Source: an uncultured Verrucomicrobiae bacterium (GTDB lineage Bacteria > Verrucomicrobiota > Verrucomicrobiia > Chthoniobacterales > UBA10450). Taken from it: 64,000 nucleotides of DNA. Position numbers and translations under genes: made by a program. Shown here piece after piece: positions 36,222 to 46,224 of this stretch (positions are counted from its first letter, which is position 1; every line of letters starts with the position of its first letter). Location: positions 136,426 through 200,425 of the forward strand of contig CAWDLY010000020.1 in assembly GCA_963803315.1 (NCBI GenBank), read 5' to 3'. The notes under the pieces are model-generated. The model was given only the letters and a program-made list of their open reading frames with translations. It was not told where the DNA came from and searched no databases.

Positions 36222-37487
36222 ATGAGAAATTATAAAATCTCAAGATTGAGCTGTACTGGACTCTTCCTTTTGCTCGCCCTCCTCCCCAGCCATCGGCTCT
36301 CTGCCGGCGGAGAAGAACTCGCCACTAACGCCGAGAGCGACCAGAGTGTTTCGGACGACGGCAGCACAACAGGAAACATCGGCATAGGGAAGTTCACAGG
36401 TCTGCCGTTTCACGTATCGGTGTCCGTCCGGGGTGGGTATGACGACAACGTTCTCACAGCCCATTCCGATCAGCAGGGCTCGGCTTTCGTAAATACGAAT
36501 TTTGCGCTGACCTATAACTTTGGCAGCCCGCGCATGACAATCAATCTGCAGACAAACGGAGGAATCACGGACTATTTCGATCAACCGGGCGGCATCAATT
36601 ATGACTTCAACCCGAACATCAATTTTTCCTTAACCTACAAAGCAAGTCCGCGCCTTACTATCTCGGAGACCACTTACGCGGCGTACCAGAATCAGCCTGA
36701 TTTCCAGTACAACGCCGGGCTGACGCGCAGAAGCGGGAGCTTCTTTTATTCGTCGAACAAGTTCTCCGCCGCCTATCGATGGAGACCGCGCTTTTCCACC
36801 GTCACCAGCTACACGATCGGGATACTTCAGTACGCGGATAACGCGACCGCGAGTTACGAGAATCGCTTCGAGCACACGTTCGGCAATGAGTTTCGATTTC
36901 TGCTTTGGCCGACTACGACTGTGATCGCTGAATACCGGTTCTCCTTTCTCGACTACGAAGACTCGGTGCGCAACTCCACCTCGAATTACTTTTTGGGAGG
37001 CCTGGATCACAACTTCAGCCCACGTTTTAGTATTTCCACGCGCGCTGGCGTGGAGGTTCGTACTTTCGAAAATTTTGGCACTCGTAGCGATCCCTACTTC
37101 GAGGGCACTTTGTCTTACGCGCTCGGGCCCCATTTCTCGCTGGCGTGGAATAATCGTTATTCTCTGGAAGAACCCGACGTTCCCGGCTCTCAGGCTCGCA
37201 CCACTTTTCGCACCGGTTTGACGGGAAGCTACAGGCTCACGCCGCGCATCGTCGCGAGCCTGAGCGCTTTTTACGAGCACGACGAAAACGATCCCTCCAT
37301 GATATTTATTTTCATTCAGCCGGGATTTGCCGAAGACTCTTTGTCCTCGACGCTCTCTCTTCGCTACGCGATCAATCACACTTGGGCAGCTGAGCTTGGT
37401 TGGGATTTCAGCGACGTCGAATCCGACATCCCCCTCCGTGGGTACTACCGCAATCGTTTTTACGGCGGAGTAAATTTCACCTTCTGA
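36222..37487 (+). CDS. Outer-membrane beta-barrel protein of an EPS export locus
   Basis: Signal peptide, alternating beta-strand pattern, and C-terminal ...YGGVNFTF. It precedes the Wzc-like and Wza-like genes. Confidence 0.6.
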   Translation: MRNYKISRLSCTGLFLLLALLPSHRLSAGGEELATNAESDQSVSDDGSTTGNIGIGKFTGLPFHVSVSVRGGYDDNVLTAHSDQQGSAFVNTNFALTYNFGSPRMTINLQTNGGITDYFDQPGGINYDFNPNINFSLTYKASPRLTISETTYAAYQNQPDFQYNAGLTRRSGSFFYSSNKFSAAYRWRPRFSTVTSYTIGILQYADNATASYENRFEHTFGNEFRFLLWPTTTVIAEYRFSFLDYEDSVRNSTSNYFLGGLDHNFSPRFSISTRAGVEVRTFENFGTRSDPYFEGTLSYALGPHFSLAWNNRYSLEEPDVPGSQARTTFRTGLTGSYRLTPRIVASLSAFYEHDENDPSMIFIFIQPGFAEDSLSSTLSLRYAINHTWAAELGWDFSDVESDIPLRGYYRNRFYGGVNFTF

Positions 37488-37560
37488 GGGAACCAGAGAG
37501 ATTGCGTTCCTGAGACTTTATTGGTAGGCTCTTAATCTCCTTCAGAGGGATTTCTCGCTT

Positions 37561-39723
37561 ATGGCACAAACGGAAGAAGTTAAACTTCATTTTCTCGACT
37601 ACTGGAGAGTCATCCGCGTCCGCTGGATTCTGATTCTTCTGGCGTTTCTACTTGTTCTCATTACCGCCGCAGTTGTGACCTATTTTCAACCCCGCGAATA
37701 TCAGGCCTCCTGTTTCGTCGAGGTCAAATCCATGGCGCAAAATCCGCGCATCTTTGATAGCACAAACCCGAGTATCCCCATCCATGATCCGCAACTGGCG
37801 CCAACGGTTTTCCAGGTCATTCAGCGCACCGGTATTCTCTATCCGGTGATTGAAGATTTAAAGCTGCAGGACAAATGGACCAAAGAAGGGAACCGCCCAT
37901 CGCGTGAGCAAGCTTACCAACTCTTGCGGCGCAAGCTGGACGTCGATGAAGTGCGCAACACCGATTTGCTGCAAATCAGTGTTTTTAGCGTCGATCCGCA
38001 GGAAGCGGCCGATATCGCCAACAAAATCGTCGCTGTTTATCAAGACAAACGCGTCGAAGAGGAGAAGGACATCCTGAATCGGGCGGTCACGACGATGAAC
38101 GAAGAAGTGGCCAAGCAGCAAAAGGCTGTGGCCGATGCCGGTACTGAAGTCGCTCGCATCCGTGACGAGGAGCATATTGTCGATCTCAATCCCGAGGGCA
38201 AAGAGGATACGGAGGCGCCGGTTAACGCCATCGTCGTCAAGCAAGAGTCGGAAGTAAACGAAGCCGAAACACAAGAGGCGACGCTCGCGAACAAGCTCAA
38301 ACAGATCGAGAACGTTAGTGGCGACGAGCTAATCCGAATGTTGCCGACGCTCAATCCGACCCTGAATATCCAGGATCCGACCATTCAGAAGATTCTACCG
38401 ACCTATCAGGAAGCGGTGGCCAACGAAGCATTGATGCTCAATTCCGGACTTGGCGAGAACCATCCTCGGGTCAAAGCGATTCGCGCCACGAAGCTGGTTT
38501 ACGAGAAACAACTGCGAGAGCAGATCGCCAGTATCCGCATAGCCTTGGAAAAAAATCTCGAGGCGGCCAAAACGACGCGCCAATCTTTGCAGAAGCGGCT
38601 CGACGAAATTAACACCAAACAACTTGCCTCGAAGAATCTGAGCGCCAACTACACGCGCGCCAAGAACGAATACATCAAGGAGAAGCTGCTCCTCGACGGT
38701 GTGCGCGCGCGCGCGCAGACACAGGCCATGGAATTGGCCATGCCGCGAATGGCGGTCAGTGTGAAACAAGTGGCGGAGCCACCCAGTTACGCCGCGCGTC
38801 CGCGTGTCGGGTTGAACCTCGCCCTTGGCGCTGTCATCGGCCTGGTCGTCGGCCTGGGTCTCGCATTTTTCATCGAATACCTCGACACCAGTGTGAAAAC
38901 GATGGAAGACGTGGAAAGTCTGCTCGGCGTCCCCGTCCTTGCAATTATTCCGAAAAACATTCGCCTGCTGCACAAGGAAGCGGGCGATAGCCCCGATGCC
39001 GAAGCCTATCGAATTCTGCGCACCAACATCGAATTCAATCGCAAAAGCCCGGAAGCAAACACCATTTCCGTGGCGAGTGGCGGGCCGGGCGAAGGAAAAT
39101 CGACTACGATTGCCAACCTCGCCTTTATTTCCGCGCAAGGCGGTTACTCGACCCTGGTGGTCGATGCGGACTTACGCCGACCCACGCAACACGGCATATG
39201 GGATCTGTCGAACAGGATTGGCCTAACGAATTACCTCACCACCGAGATTCCGCTCGAGGAAGCGATCTTTCCTACCTCGGTGGAAAATCTTTCTGTCCTG
39301 CCCAGCGGCATTCTTCCGTCAGACGCGGTCGGCATCCTCAATTCGCAGCGCATGTCCGACTTGATCGGAGAATTGAAGACGCGTTTTGACATCGTCTTCT
39401 TCGACTCGCCACCGATGCTCGGCGTGAGCGATGCGTCGGTTCTCGCCAGCGAAGTCGATCAGACAATCATCGTCGTGCAACATCGTCGTTTTCCGCGGGC
39501 AATGTTGTCGCGAGTCAAACAAGCCATCGTCGGCGTGGGCGGATCGGTTTTGGGCGTGGTCCTGAACAACGTCGATCTCAAACACGATCAGAACTACTAC
39601 TACTACACCAATTACTACGGCTATTACCAACCGCGAGATAAGGAAACGCGCAGCAGCAGAAAACAACGCGCTGCCGCCACCACCGCCAGTAACGGCGCTT
39701 CGAAGGAACCGGAGGAATATTAA
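37561..39723 (+). CDS. Polysaccharide co-polymerase / tyrosine autokinase (Wzc/GumC-like)
   Basis: 720 aa with a Wzz domain between two TM segments, a long coiled coil, Walker A GGPGEGKSTT, VVDADLRRP, and a Tyr-rich tail YYYYTNYYGYY. Confidence 0.85.
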   Translation: MAQTEEVKLHFLDYWRVIRVRWILILLAFLLVLITAAVVTYFQPREYQASCFVEVKSMAQNPRIFDSTNPSIPIHDPQLAPTVFQVIQRTGILYPVIEDLKLQDKWTKEGNRPSREQAYQLLRRKLDVDEVRNTDLLQISVFSVDPQEAADIANKIVAVYQDKRVEEEKDILNRAVTTMNEEVAKQQKAVADAGTEVARIRDEEHIVDLNPEGKEDTEAPVNAIVVKQESEVNEAETQEATLANKLKQIENVSGDELIRMLPTLNPTLNIQDPTIQKILPTYQEAVANEALMLNSGLGENHPRVKAIRATKLVYEKQLREQIASIRIALEKNLEAAKTTRQSLQKRLDEINTKQLASKNLSANYTRAKNEYIKEKLLLDGVRARAQTQAMELAMPRMAVSVKQVAEPPSYAARPRVGLNLALGAVIGLVVGLGLAFFIEYLDTSVKTMEDVESLLGVPVLAIIPKNIRLLHKEAGDSPDAEAYRILRTNIEFNRKSPEANTISVASGGPGEGKSTTIANLAFISAQGGYSTLVVDADLRRPTQHGIWDLSNRIGLTNYLTTEIPLEEAIFPTSVENLSVLPSGILPSDAVGILNSQRMSDLIGELKTRFDIVFFDSPPMLGVSDASVLASEVDQTIIVVQHRRFPRAMLSRVKQAIVGVGGSVLGVVLNNVDLKHDQNYYYYTNYYGYYQPRDKETRSSRKQRAAATTASNGASKEPEEY

Positions 39724-40271
39724 TGCGCCTCATCACAACGCTCCTGTTTTTCTTCTGCATCATCGGCATCGCTTTCGGGCAGGCCACGCTGCGCATCGGC
39801 GATCCGATTGAAATAAAAATCGGCGGCGTTCCGGTCGACGAACAAACGCAGATCAACAACACCTACACCGTCGATGTTAACGGAGACATCAGCTTGCCTT
39901 ACATTAATAAAGTGCAGGCTGCCGGGCTCGTCCCGGCACAGGTCGCGGCCGCTGCCGAGGCCAAGTATCGCGAGGAGAAAATCTTCACCAATCCGACGAT
40001 CACCATCATGATGCAGCCGACGGCCCGCTTCGTGAACGTGGGTGGCGCGGTCCGCAACCCCTCGCGTGTCCCTTTCACCGAGGATCTGACGATGCTCGCT
40101 TCCATTAACGCAGCGGGCGGCTTCAATGATTTTGCCGATCAGAAACGGGTCCGGCTTCTTCGCGGGAGCGAGGTAAAGGTTTTCGACGTTCGTCAATTTC
40201 GGCGTGATCCATCGCGCGACCCGAGGCTCCAGCCCGGCGATCGCGTCGAAGTTCCGCAAAGCTTCTTCTGA
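39723..40271 (+). CDS. Polysaccharide export protein (Wza-like; Poly_export plus SLBB)
   Basis: 182 aa. TAATG overlap with the Wzc-like gene. LRIGDPIEIKI...VDVNGDISLPYI...VNVGGAVRNPSRVPF...LQPGDRVEVP. Confidence 0.8.
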   Translation: MRLITTLLFFFCIIGIAFGQATLRIGDPIEIKIGGVPVDEQTQINNTYTVDVNGDISLPYINKVQAAGLVPAQVAAAAEAKYREEKIFTNPTITIMMQPTARFVNVGGAVRNPSRVPFTEDLTMLASINAAGGFNDFADQKRVRLLRGSEVKVFDVRQFRRDPSRDPRLQPGDRVEVPQSFF

Positions 40272-40315
40272 TCCGCCGCGTCCACCGCTCAATCTCGCGA
40301 CGCGGAGTCGGCCGA

Positions 40316-40891
40316 TTATTGCGGTGTGATTACCTGGCGATGACGCCAGGCATAGCCGAGTCCGGAATAAAGCGTGAGCGCGACTGCGATCCAGATAAGA
40401 ACGGGCCCGCCCCGGTACCACGCATTCGACCACCATTCGCTTTCGCGTCCGGCATATTTCAATTCGCGCGCGGCCAGCAGCACGAGAAAGAACAGGATCG
40501 TCACAATCTGCCAGGAAGTCTTGTGTTTGCCGAGACGCTCGGCCGGAAGCACCTGTCCCTGCGCGCTTGCCATTAATCGCAAGCCGGTGATCAGAAAGTC
40601 GCGCGCCACCACAATCGTCGCTGCCCATGCCGGAATCGCTTTAAACGGGACCAGGCAAATGAACGCCGCCGCCATCAGCACTTTGTCCATCAGCGGGTCC
40701 ATGAGCTTCCCGAAATTTGTCACGATCGCATAACGGCGCGCGATCTCGCCGTCAAAGAAGTCAGTCGCACCGGCCACGAGAAAAAGAATAAGCGCAGCGG
40801 TTCGCCCGTAGCTCCATGAGGAATTGAGCGCAACGACAAATAAAATCGTCAGCAGCAACCGGCTTAATGTCAGTCGATTCGCCCAATTCAT
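40316..40891 (-). CDS. pgsA: CDP-diacylglycerol--glycerol-3-phosphate 3-phosphatidyltransferase
   Basis: MNWANRLTLSRLLL...GATDFFDGEIARRYAIVTNFGKLMDPLMDK (CDP-alcohol phosphatidyltransferase motif). Start at the internal Met 40891, with ATGA overlap to moaE. Confidence 0.8.
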   Translation of the reverse strand: MNWANRLTLSRLLLTILFVVALNSSWSYGRTAALILFLVAGATDFFDGEIARRYAIVTNFGKLMDPLMDKVLMAAAFICLVPFKAIPAWAATIVVARDFLITGLRLMASAQGQVLPAERLGKHKTSWQIVTILFFLVLLAARELKYAGRESEWWSNAWYRGGPVLIWIAVALTLYSGLGYAWRHRQVITPQ

Positions 40892-41331
40892 GCGCGCGCG
40901 ACTTCTTGCGGTTGCCTCCCCGCAGCCCGGGCCGGATGACCGTCTCTGAATACGGGACGCTTCCAGATCGGCACTTTCCGCTTTAACTCTTCGATCAACC
41001 ACTGGCTTGCCGCGAATGCAGCAGTGCGGTGAGGGCTCGCGACGCGCAGAAACAGAGAAGCTTCGCCCACCGGCACAAAACCAATCCGATGTAGCAAGAG
41101 CAGCCCGGTCAAAGAAAAATTGAGCATCGCTTTCTTCGCGAGAAAATTCATCTGGTATTCGGCCATGACCCGATGCACTTCATAGGTGATTCCTTCCAGT
41201 GCGCGCCCATCTTCGGTTCCCCTCACTTTCCCCCAAAAGTCGATTACGGCTCCCGAGCCCGGATCGCGTGCTTCTCCAGGAGATTCCAGCGGAAGATTCG
41301 TGATTAAAATTTCGGAATTCGAAATTGCCAT
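40888..41331 (-). CDS. moaE: Molybdopterin synthase catalytic subunit MoaE
   Basis: 147 aa: GAVIDFWGKVRG...ITYEVHRVMAE...GEASLFLRVASPHRTAAFAASQWLIEELKRKVPIWKR. Confidence 0.8.
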   Translation of the reverse strand: MAISNSEILITNLPLESPGEARDPGSGAVIDFWGKVRGTEDGRALEGITYEVHRVMAEYQMNFLAKKAMLNFSLTGLLLLHRIGFVPVGEASLFLRVASPHRTAAFAASQWLIEELKRKVPIWKRPVFRDGHPARAAGRQPQEVARA

Positions 41332-41383
41332 GAACTAAAGTAACGCGGAGAATGATTCTCCCGAACGATTCAGCATACTCAGA

Positions 41384-42868
41384 ATGACCACGAAGCAATG
41401 TGATATTGGCGTCATCGGCCTGGCGGTCATGGGCGAAAATCTCGCGCTCAACATGGAATCGAAAGGTTTCTCCGTCGCGGTTTACAATCGCACGCACGAA
41501 GTGACGGAGAAATTCGCGACCGGGCGCGGCAGCGGAAAGAACATCCTGCCGGCGCGCACCGTGGAAGAATTTGTCGCGGGCCTGGCCCGCCCACGCAAAG
41601 CGATGATCATGGTCAAAGCGGGGGCGCCGGTCGATTCGGTCATCGCTCAGCTCACGCCACTTTTGGAAAAGGGAGATGTCATCATCGATGGCGGCAATTC
41701 CCTTTTTACCGACACGCAGCGCCGCTGCCGCGAAATCGAAGCGCAGGGAATTCATTACATCGGCTGTGGAGTTTCCGGTGGCGAGGAAGGCGCGCTCAAA
41801 GGTCCATCACTCATGCCCGGCGGGAAGCGCGAAGGATTCGATATTATTGCGCCGATCTTTTTGAAAATCGCCGCCCAAGTAGATGGCGAGCCGTGCTGCC
41901 GCTACATGGGTCCGGACGGTGCCGGCCATTACGTCAAGATGGTGCATAACGGAATCGAGTACGGCGACATGCAGTTGATTTGCGAAGCGTATGCCATTTT
42001 GCAACACGTCCTCGGTCTGGCGGCAGCCGAGCTGGCTGAGATTTTCAGCGATTGGAACCGCGGCGCACTCGAGAGCTATCTCATTGAAATCACCGCGCAG
42101 ATATTTGGCAAAAAAGATCCGGACACGGGCAAGCCGCTTGTCGATGTCATCCTCGACAAGGCAGGACAGAAAGGGACCGGGCTTTGGACGCTGCAATCGG
42201 CACTCACGCAATCTGTTGTCATCTCAACGATCAACGCAGCGGTCGAAGCGCGCGTGATTTCGTCGCGCAAAGACGAACGCGTCGCCGCTTCCAAGATTCT
42301 GCCGCAACCGAAGCCCGTGAAATTTAACGGCGATCGGAAGCAACTCGTTCAAGCGGTGCACGACGCATTGTATGCCTCGAAAATCGTTTCGTATGCGCAG
42401 GGAATGGAATTGCTCGGCGCCGCCAGTACCACTTACAAATGGAATTTGAATTTCGGTGACATCGCCACCATCTGGCGGGGCGGTTGCATCATTCGCGCGA
42501 AATTTCTGAATCGAATCACCGACGCTTACACGCGCGATCCTGCCCTGCACAATCTCCTTTTCGATTCCTACTTCACCGACATTATGGCGAAGTCGCAGGA
42601 TCGGTGGCGCGTCGCTGTTTCTAAAGCCGTCGAGCACGGTGTCGCTGTGCCCGCCTTCAGCGCTTCGCTGGCTTACTTCGACAGCTATCGTTCCGCGCGG
42701 TTGCCGGCAAACCTCCTGCAGGCGCAACGGGATTTCTTTGGCGCGCATACCTACGAGCGCGTCGACAAGCCGGGCATTTTCCACACCGAATGGATGGAAT
42801 CCGGTGAAGAACCTACTGGAAAACCAGCTGCGCCGAAGCCGCCTGAGAAACGTCACGCGGCTGAGTAA
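41384..42868 (+). CDS. gnd: 6-phosphogluconate dehydrogenase, decarboxylating
   Basis: 494 aa: DIGVIGLAVMGENLALN, GGNSLFTDT, HYIGCGVSGGEEGA, GAGHYVKMVHNGIEYGDMQLI. Confidence 0.9.
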   Translation: MTTKQCDIGVIGLAVMGENLALNMESKGFSVAVYNRTHEVTEKFATGRGSGKNILPARTVEEFVAGLARPRKAMIMVKAGAPVDSVIAQLTPLLEKGDVIIDGGNSLFTDTQRRCREIEAQGIHYIGCGVSGGEEGALKGPSLMPGGKREGFDIIAPIFLKIAAQVDGEPCCRYMGPDGAGHYVKMVHNGIEYGDMQLICEAYAILQHVLGLAAAELAEIFSDWNRGALESYLIEITAQIFGKKDPDTGKPLVDVILDKAGQKGTGLWTLQSALTQSVVISTINAAVEARVISSRKDERVAASKILPQPKPVKFNGDRKQLVQAVHDALYASKIVSYAQGMELLGAASTTYKWNLNFGDIATIWRGGCIIRAKFLNRITDAYTRDPALHNLLFDSYFTDIMAKSQDRWRVAVSKAVEHGVAVPAFSASLAYFDSYRSARLPANLLQAQRDFFGAHTYERVDKPGIFHTEWMESGEEPTGKPAAPKPPEKRHAAE

Positions 42869-42870
42869 GA

Positions 42871-45800
42871 TTAGTGGAAATCGTGGGAGTTGCTTCCCAC
42901 GAGCTGCTCATGTGCGAGCGGCCGGATCTGTTGCGCCTTGATCAAAACTACGCCATCGGAGTTCTGCACTTCACCTTCGATCAATAAAAACGCCTCTTCC
43001 GTTATGACGAGGCGCAGTTTCTCAAACAGGTCCGGTGTCACGATTGCGTTCGACACACCGGTCTCATCTTCCAGGCTGATGAAAACAAAACCTTTCGCCG
43101 TACCGGGTCGCTGACGGCAGATCACATTTCCGGCAATCTGGACAATCGATTTGTGCCGAGCCTGATTGAGATCGCTCGCGCGCCAGATATTCGGCAAGCT
43201 GTCGCGCAAAAGCTTCATTGGGTGCGGACCAGTTGTTAAGTTCATCCCTTCGTAATCCGCTCGCACGCGCTCCGACATCGTCATCGGAAGAAGCGGCGAA
43301 CTCCTCTTCTGGGGAGCGCACGCCTGTGGCGTGCGGGCGAAGGCATTCTGCCTTCGCGAACTTTTCTGAGCAGCGCACATCTCTCCTGAAGTCTCCGGCT
43401 CCATAAAAGTTCGTCGTTGCAGAATGCAACGACCAGCACGCTGCAAGCGTGCGCTCCCCAGAAGATCATCATGCCACGTCTCTTCTACATCCCACATCGC
43501 CGCCCGCCGATGTTCGGCAAAACAATTCAGCGCGCCCAATTCCGCCAATGTCCGCAGCTCTTCCTTCGACAATGAAGTACGTTGCCGGAAATCGTCCATC
43601 GAGCACAACGGCTTTTCATTGCGTTGCCTAACGAGTTCTTCCACATGCTCCTGCCGCAAACCGTTCACCACACAAAAACCCAATCTCACCGTGTCATCCG
43701 AAATAACGGTGCAGCGCCATTCCGAGCGTTGCACGCAAACCGGTTCCATCTTTGTCCCATGCCGGCGTGCATCCTTGACGATGGTTGCGGGCGTATAAAA
43801 TCCCATCGGCTGATTATTCAGCAGACTGGCGTAAAACTCCGCCGCGCGATGCACTTTTAGATATGCACTGCCATAAGCGAGAATGGCAAAACTGATCGCG
43901 TGCGATTCCGGAAATCCGTAAAGCGCAAACGATGTGATCGCCTGCAGGATTTTTTCGATCACATCAGGTGCGATATTTTTCCGCATCATCGCGGTGCGCA
44001 ATTTCACGCTCACTTTTTGCATCCGCTCCTGCGAACGATGAAAGCTTAGCGCCCGTCGTAACTCTTCCGCTTCATCGCCGGAAAAATCTGCCATCACCAT
44101 CGCGATCTTGAGCATCTGCTCCTGAAACAACGGCACGCCGAGGGTACGACCTAAAATCGGTTCAAGTCGCGGATCAAAGTAAGTAACCGGTTCGCGGCCG
44201 GCGCGTCGCGCCAGATACGGATGCACCATGTCGCCCTGGATCGGCCCCGGGCGGATGATCGCGACTTCGATGACAACATCGTAAAAACATTTCGGCTTCA
44301 TCCGCGGCAGCGTCGCCATTTGCGCGCGGCTTTCGATCTGAAACACACCGATCGTGTCGGCTTTCTGCATCATCTCGAAAGTGGCCGGATCGTCCTTCGG
44401 AATATGGGCGAGATCGAGCGGGCGATTGCGTTCGCGGCACAACTCAAACGCATCCTGCATCACTGACATCATGCCGAGGCCTAACAAGTCCACTTTCACG
44501 ATGCCGAGATCTTCGCAATCATCCTTGTCCCATTGCGCCACGACGCGTCCCGGCATCGATGCATTTTCCAAAGGCACAAACGAGCTGAGCTTGTTCTGAC
44601 AAATAATCATCCCGCCAGAATGCTGGCCGAGATGGCGCGGCAATCCGTAGATCGCGCGATACAAATTCACGAATGCCGGCATGCGCGGATGCGCTTTGGG
44701 CAATCCGGCCTGCTCGATTTGCGATTGCAAATCGAGCGTGTGCGGGAAATCGCCGTTCGCAAAAAGATGCGAGAAACGATCGAGAATGCTGGGCGAAAAA
44801 TTCAGCGCTTTACCGATTTCACGTGCCGCGCTGCGACCGCGATAGGTAATCACGTTTGCCGTCATGGCAGCGCCATGTTTGCCGTAGCGACGATAAATTT
44901 CCTGGATGACGCTTTCACGGCGATCGCCGCTCGGCAGATCGAGATCGATGTCGGGCCAGCCTTTGCGGCTTTCGCTGAGAAAACGCTCGAAAACCAAATG
45001 GTTGCTGACCGGATCGACCGGCGTGATCCCAAGACAATAACAGACCGCGCTATTCGCTGCGCTACCGCGGCCCTGCACCATGACATTGTGTTCGCGGCAG
45101 AAATTGATGATGTCCCAAACGATTAGAAAATATCCTGAGAAGCCGAGCTTTTGAATAAGGGCCAGTTCCTCTTTGAGTTGTCTTTTTACTGCGCTGCTGA
45201 TCGCGTCATAGCGTTGCTGCGCGCCAAACCAGACGATGGTGTTGAGGAACGAATTCATGTTGTGTCCATCAGGAACGGGAAATTGCGGGAATTCGTAACC
45301 GATGTTTTCGAGTGAGAACGTGAGGCGTTCCGCGAGCCGTTCCGTGTTCGCAATCGCATCAGGACGATCGTGAAAAAGTGCGCGCATTTCCGCATCGCTT
45401 TTCAGATGGCGTTCGCTGTTTTGGCTCAGAAGTTTTCCCGCGGCATCGAGATGTGTGTGCTCTCGGATGCAGGTAAAAACATCGAGGACGTTTCGACCGT
45501 TTGATGTCGCGTACTGCACGCCGTTTGTCGCGAGTAACGGCAGCCGATAATGATCCGCCAGATTGATTAGCTGCCGATTAATCTGTTCTTCGCCGCGGAT
45601 GAAATGGCGCTGGATTTCAACGTAAACATTCTTGCGACCGAACCCATCGATAAGGCGTTGCACATTCTGGGGAGCGCACGCCTGTGGCGTGCGGGCGACG
45701 ACATTCTGTCGTCGCGAACTTTTCTGAGCAACGTACATCTCCCCTGAAGTCGGCAGCTCCATCAAAGTTCGTCGTTGCAGAATGCAACGACCCGCACGCT

Positions 45801-46209
45801 GCAAGCGTGCGCTCCCCAGAGTTTCCCCCAGAGTTTTCCCCAGAAGGGCTACTAGCCCGGCACTGAATCGCGGGAGTTCATCCCATCGCACCGCGCATTC
45901 GCCTTTCACTTCGCTCCGGAGATGCGCTTCGGTCAGGAGCGAGCAGAGATTCGCGTAGCCGGTGCGATCCTGCACGAGAACCGGCAAAATACTGCCGTCC
46001 TCTATTGTCAGTTCGCTGCCAACGATCGGCCGCACATTTTGTTCGCGCGCGGCAACAGAAAATCGTTGCGCGCCATATACGCCGTTGCGATCGAGCAACG
46101 CCAGCGCCGGCATTTCCAACTCGGCGGCGCGTTCCGCTAAATGTTCAGGAAAAGATCCGCCACGCAGGAAACTGAAAGCGCTGCACGCATGGAGTTCGAT
46201 GTAAGACAT
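42871..46209 (-). CDS. dnaE2: Error-prone DNA polymerase DnaE2 (with two 50-aa repeat-encoded inserts)
   Basis: Intact 1112-aa ORF with PHP domain (YIELHACSAFSFLRG), pol III alpha core and an OB fold. It lies immediately downstream of the imuB fragment. Confidence 0.9.
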   Translation of the reverse strand: MSYIELHACSAFSFLRGGSFPEHLAERAAELEMPALALLDRNGVYGAQRFSVAAREQNVRPIVGSELTIEDGSILPVLVQDRTGYANLCSLLTEAHLRSEVKGECAVRWDELPRFSAGLVALLGKTLGETLGSARLQRAGRCILQRRTLMELPTSGEMYVAQKSSRRQNVVARTPQACAPQNVQRLIDGFGRKNVYVEIQRHFIRGEEQINRQLINLADHYRLPLLATNGVQYATSNGRNVLDVFTCIREHTHLDAAGKLLSQNSERHLKSDAEMRALFHDRPDAIANTERLAERLTFSLENIGYEFPQFPVPDGHNMNSFLNTIVWFGAQQRYDAISSAVKRQLKEELALIQKLGFSGYFLIVWDIINFCREHNVMVQGRGSAANSAVCYCLGITPVDPVSNHLVFERFLSESRKGWPDIDLDLPSGDRRESVIQEIYRRYGKHGAAMTANVITYRGRSAAREIGKALNFSPSILDRFSHLFANGDFPHTLDLQSQIEQAGLPKAHPRMPAFVNLYRAIYGLPRHLGQHSGGMIICQNKLSSFVPLENASMPGRVVAQWDKDDCEDLGIVKVDLLGLGMMSVMQDAFELCRERNRPLDLAHIPKDDPATFEMMQKADTIGVFQIESRAQMATLPRMKPKCFYDVVIEVAIIRPGPIQGDMVHPYLARRAGREPVTYFDPRLEPILGRTLGVPLFQEQMLKIAMVMADFSGDEAEELRRALSFHRSQERMQKVSVKLRTAMMRKNIAPDVIEKILQAITSFALYGFPESHAISFAILAYGSAYLKVHRAAEFYASLLNNQPMGFYTPATIVKDARRHGTKMEPVCVQRSEWRCTVISDDTVRLGFCVVNGLRQEHVEELVRQRNEKPLCSMDDFRQRTSLSKEELRTLAELGALNCFAEHRRAAMWDVEETWHDDLLGSARLQRAGRCILQRRTFMEPETSGEMCAAQKSSRRQNAFARTPQACAPQKRSSPLLPMTMSERVRADYEGMNLTTGPHPMKLLRDSLPNIWRASDLNQARHKSIVQIAGNVICRQRPGTAKGFVFISLEDETGVSNAIVTPDLFEKLRLVITEEAFLLIEGEVQNSDGVVLIKAQQIRPLAHEQLVGSNSHDFH
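43308..43462. repeat. Palindromic repeat, family D, in-frame in dnaE2 (copy 1)
   Basis: TCTGGGGAGCGCACGCCTGTGGCGTGCGGGCGAAGGCATTCTGCCTTCGC ... GTTGCAGAATGCAACGACCAGCACGCTGCAAGCGTGCGCTCCCCAGA. Translated as GSARLQRAGRCILQRRTFMEPETSGEMCAAQKSSRRQNAFARTPQACAPQ. Confidence 0.8.
45666..45820. repeat. Palindromic repeat, family D, in-frame in dnaE2 (copy 2)
   Basis: Same 155-nt element, about 90% identical by eye, in the same orientation. Translated as GSARLQRAGRCILQRRTLMELPTSGEMYVAQKSSRRQNVVARTPQACAPQ. Confidence 0.8.
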
Positions 46210-46224
46210 ACGCGAGCGACATGG

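Noticed and set aside
36222-40271. The EPS barrel/Wzc/Wza trio as a novel system
   Set aside because: This is the standard polysaccharide export architecture. No glycosyltransferase, exosortase or PEP-CTERM genes are adjacent in the window, and nothing about it is unusual.
43308-45820. The dnaE2 inserts as inteins or as a programmed frameshift or bypass
   Set aside because: The inserts are only 50 aa and lack the N-terminal Cys/Ser and the C-terminal HN plus nucleophile of inteins. The DNA is a terminal-inverted-repeat palindrome, and the frame is continuous.
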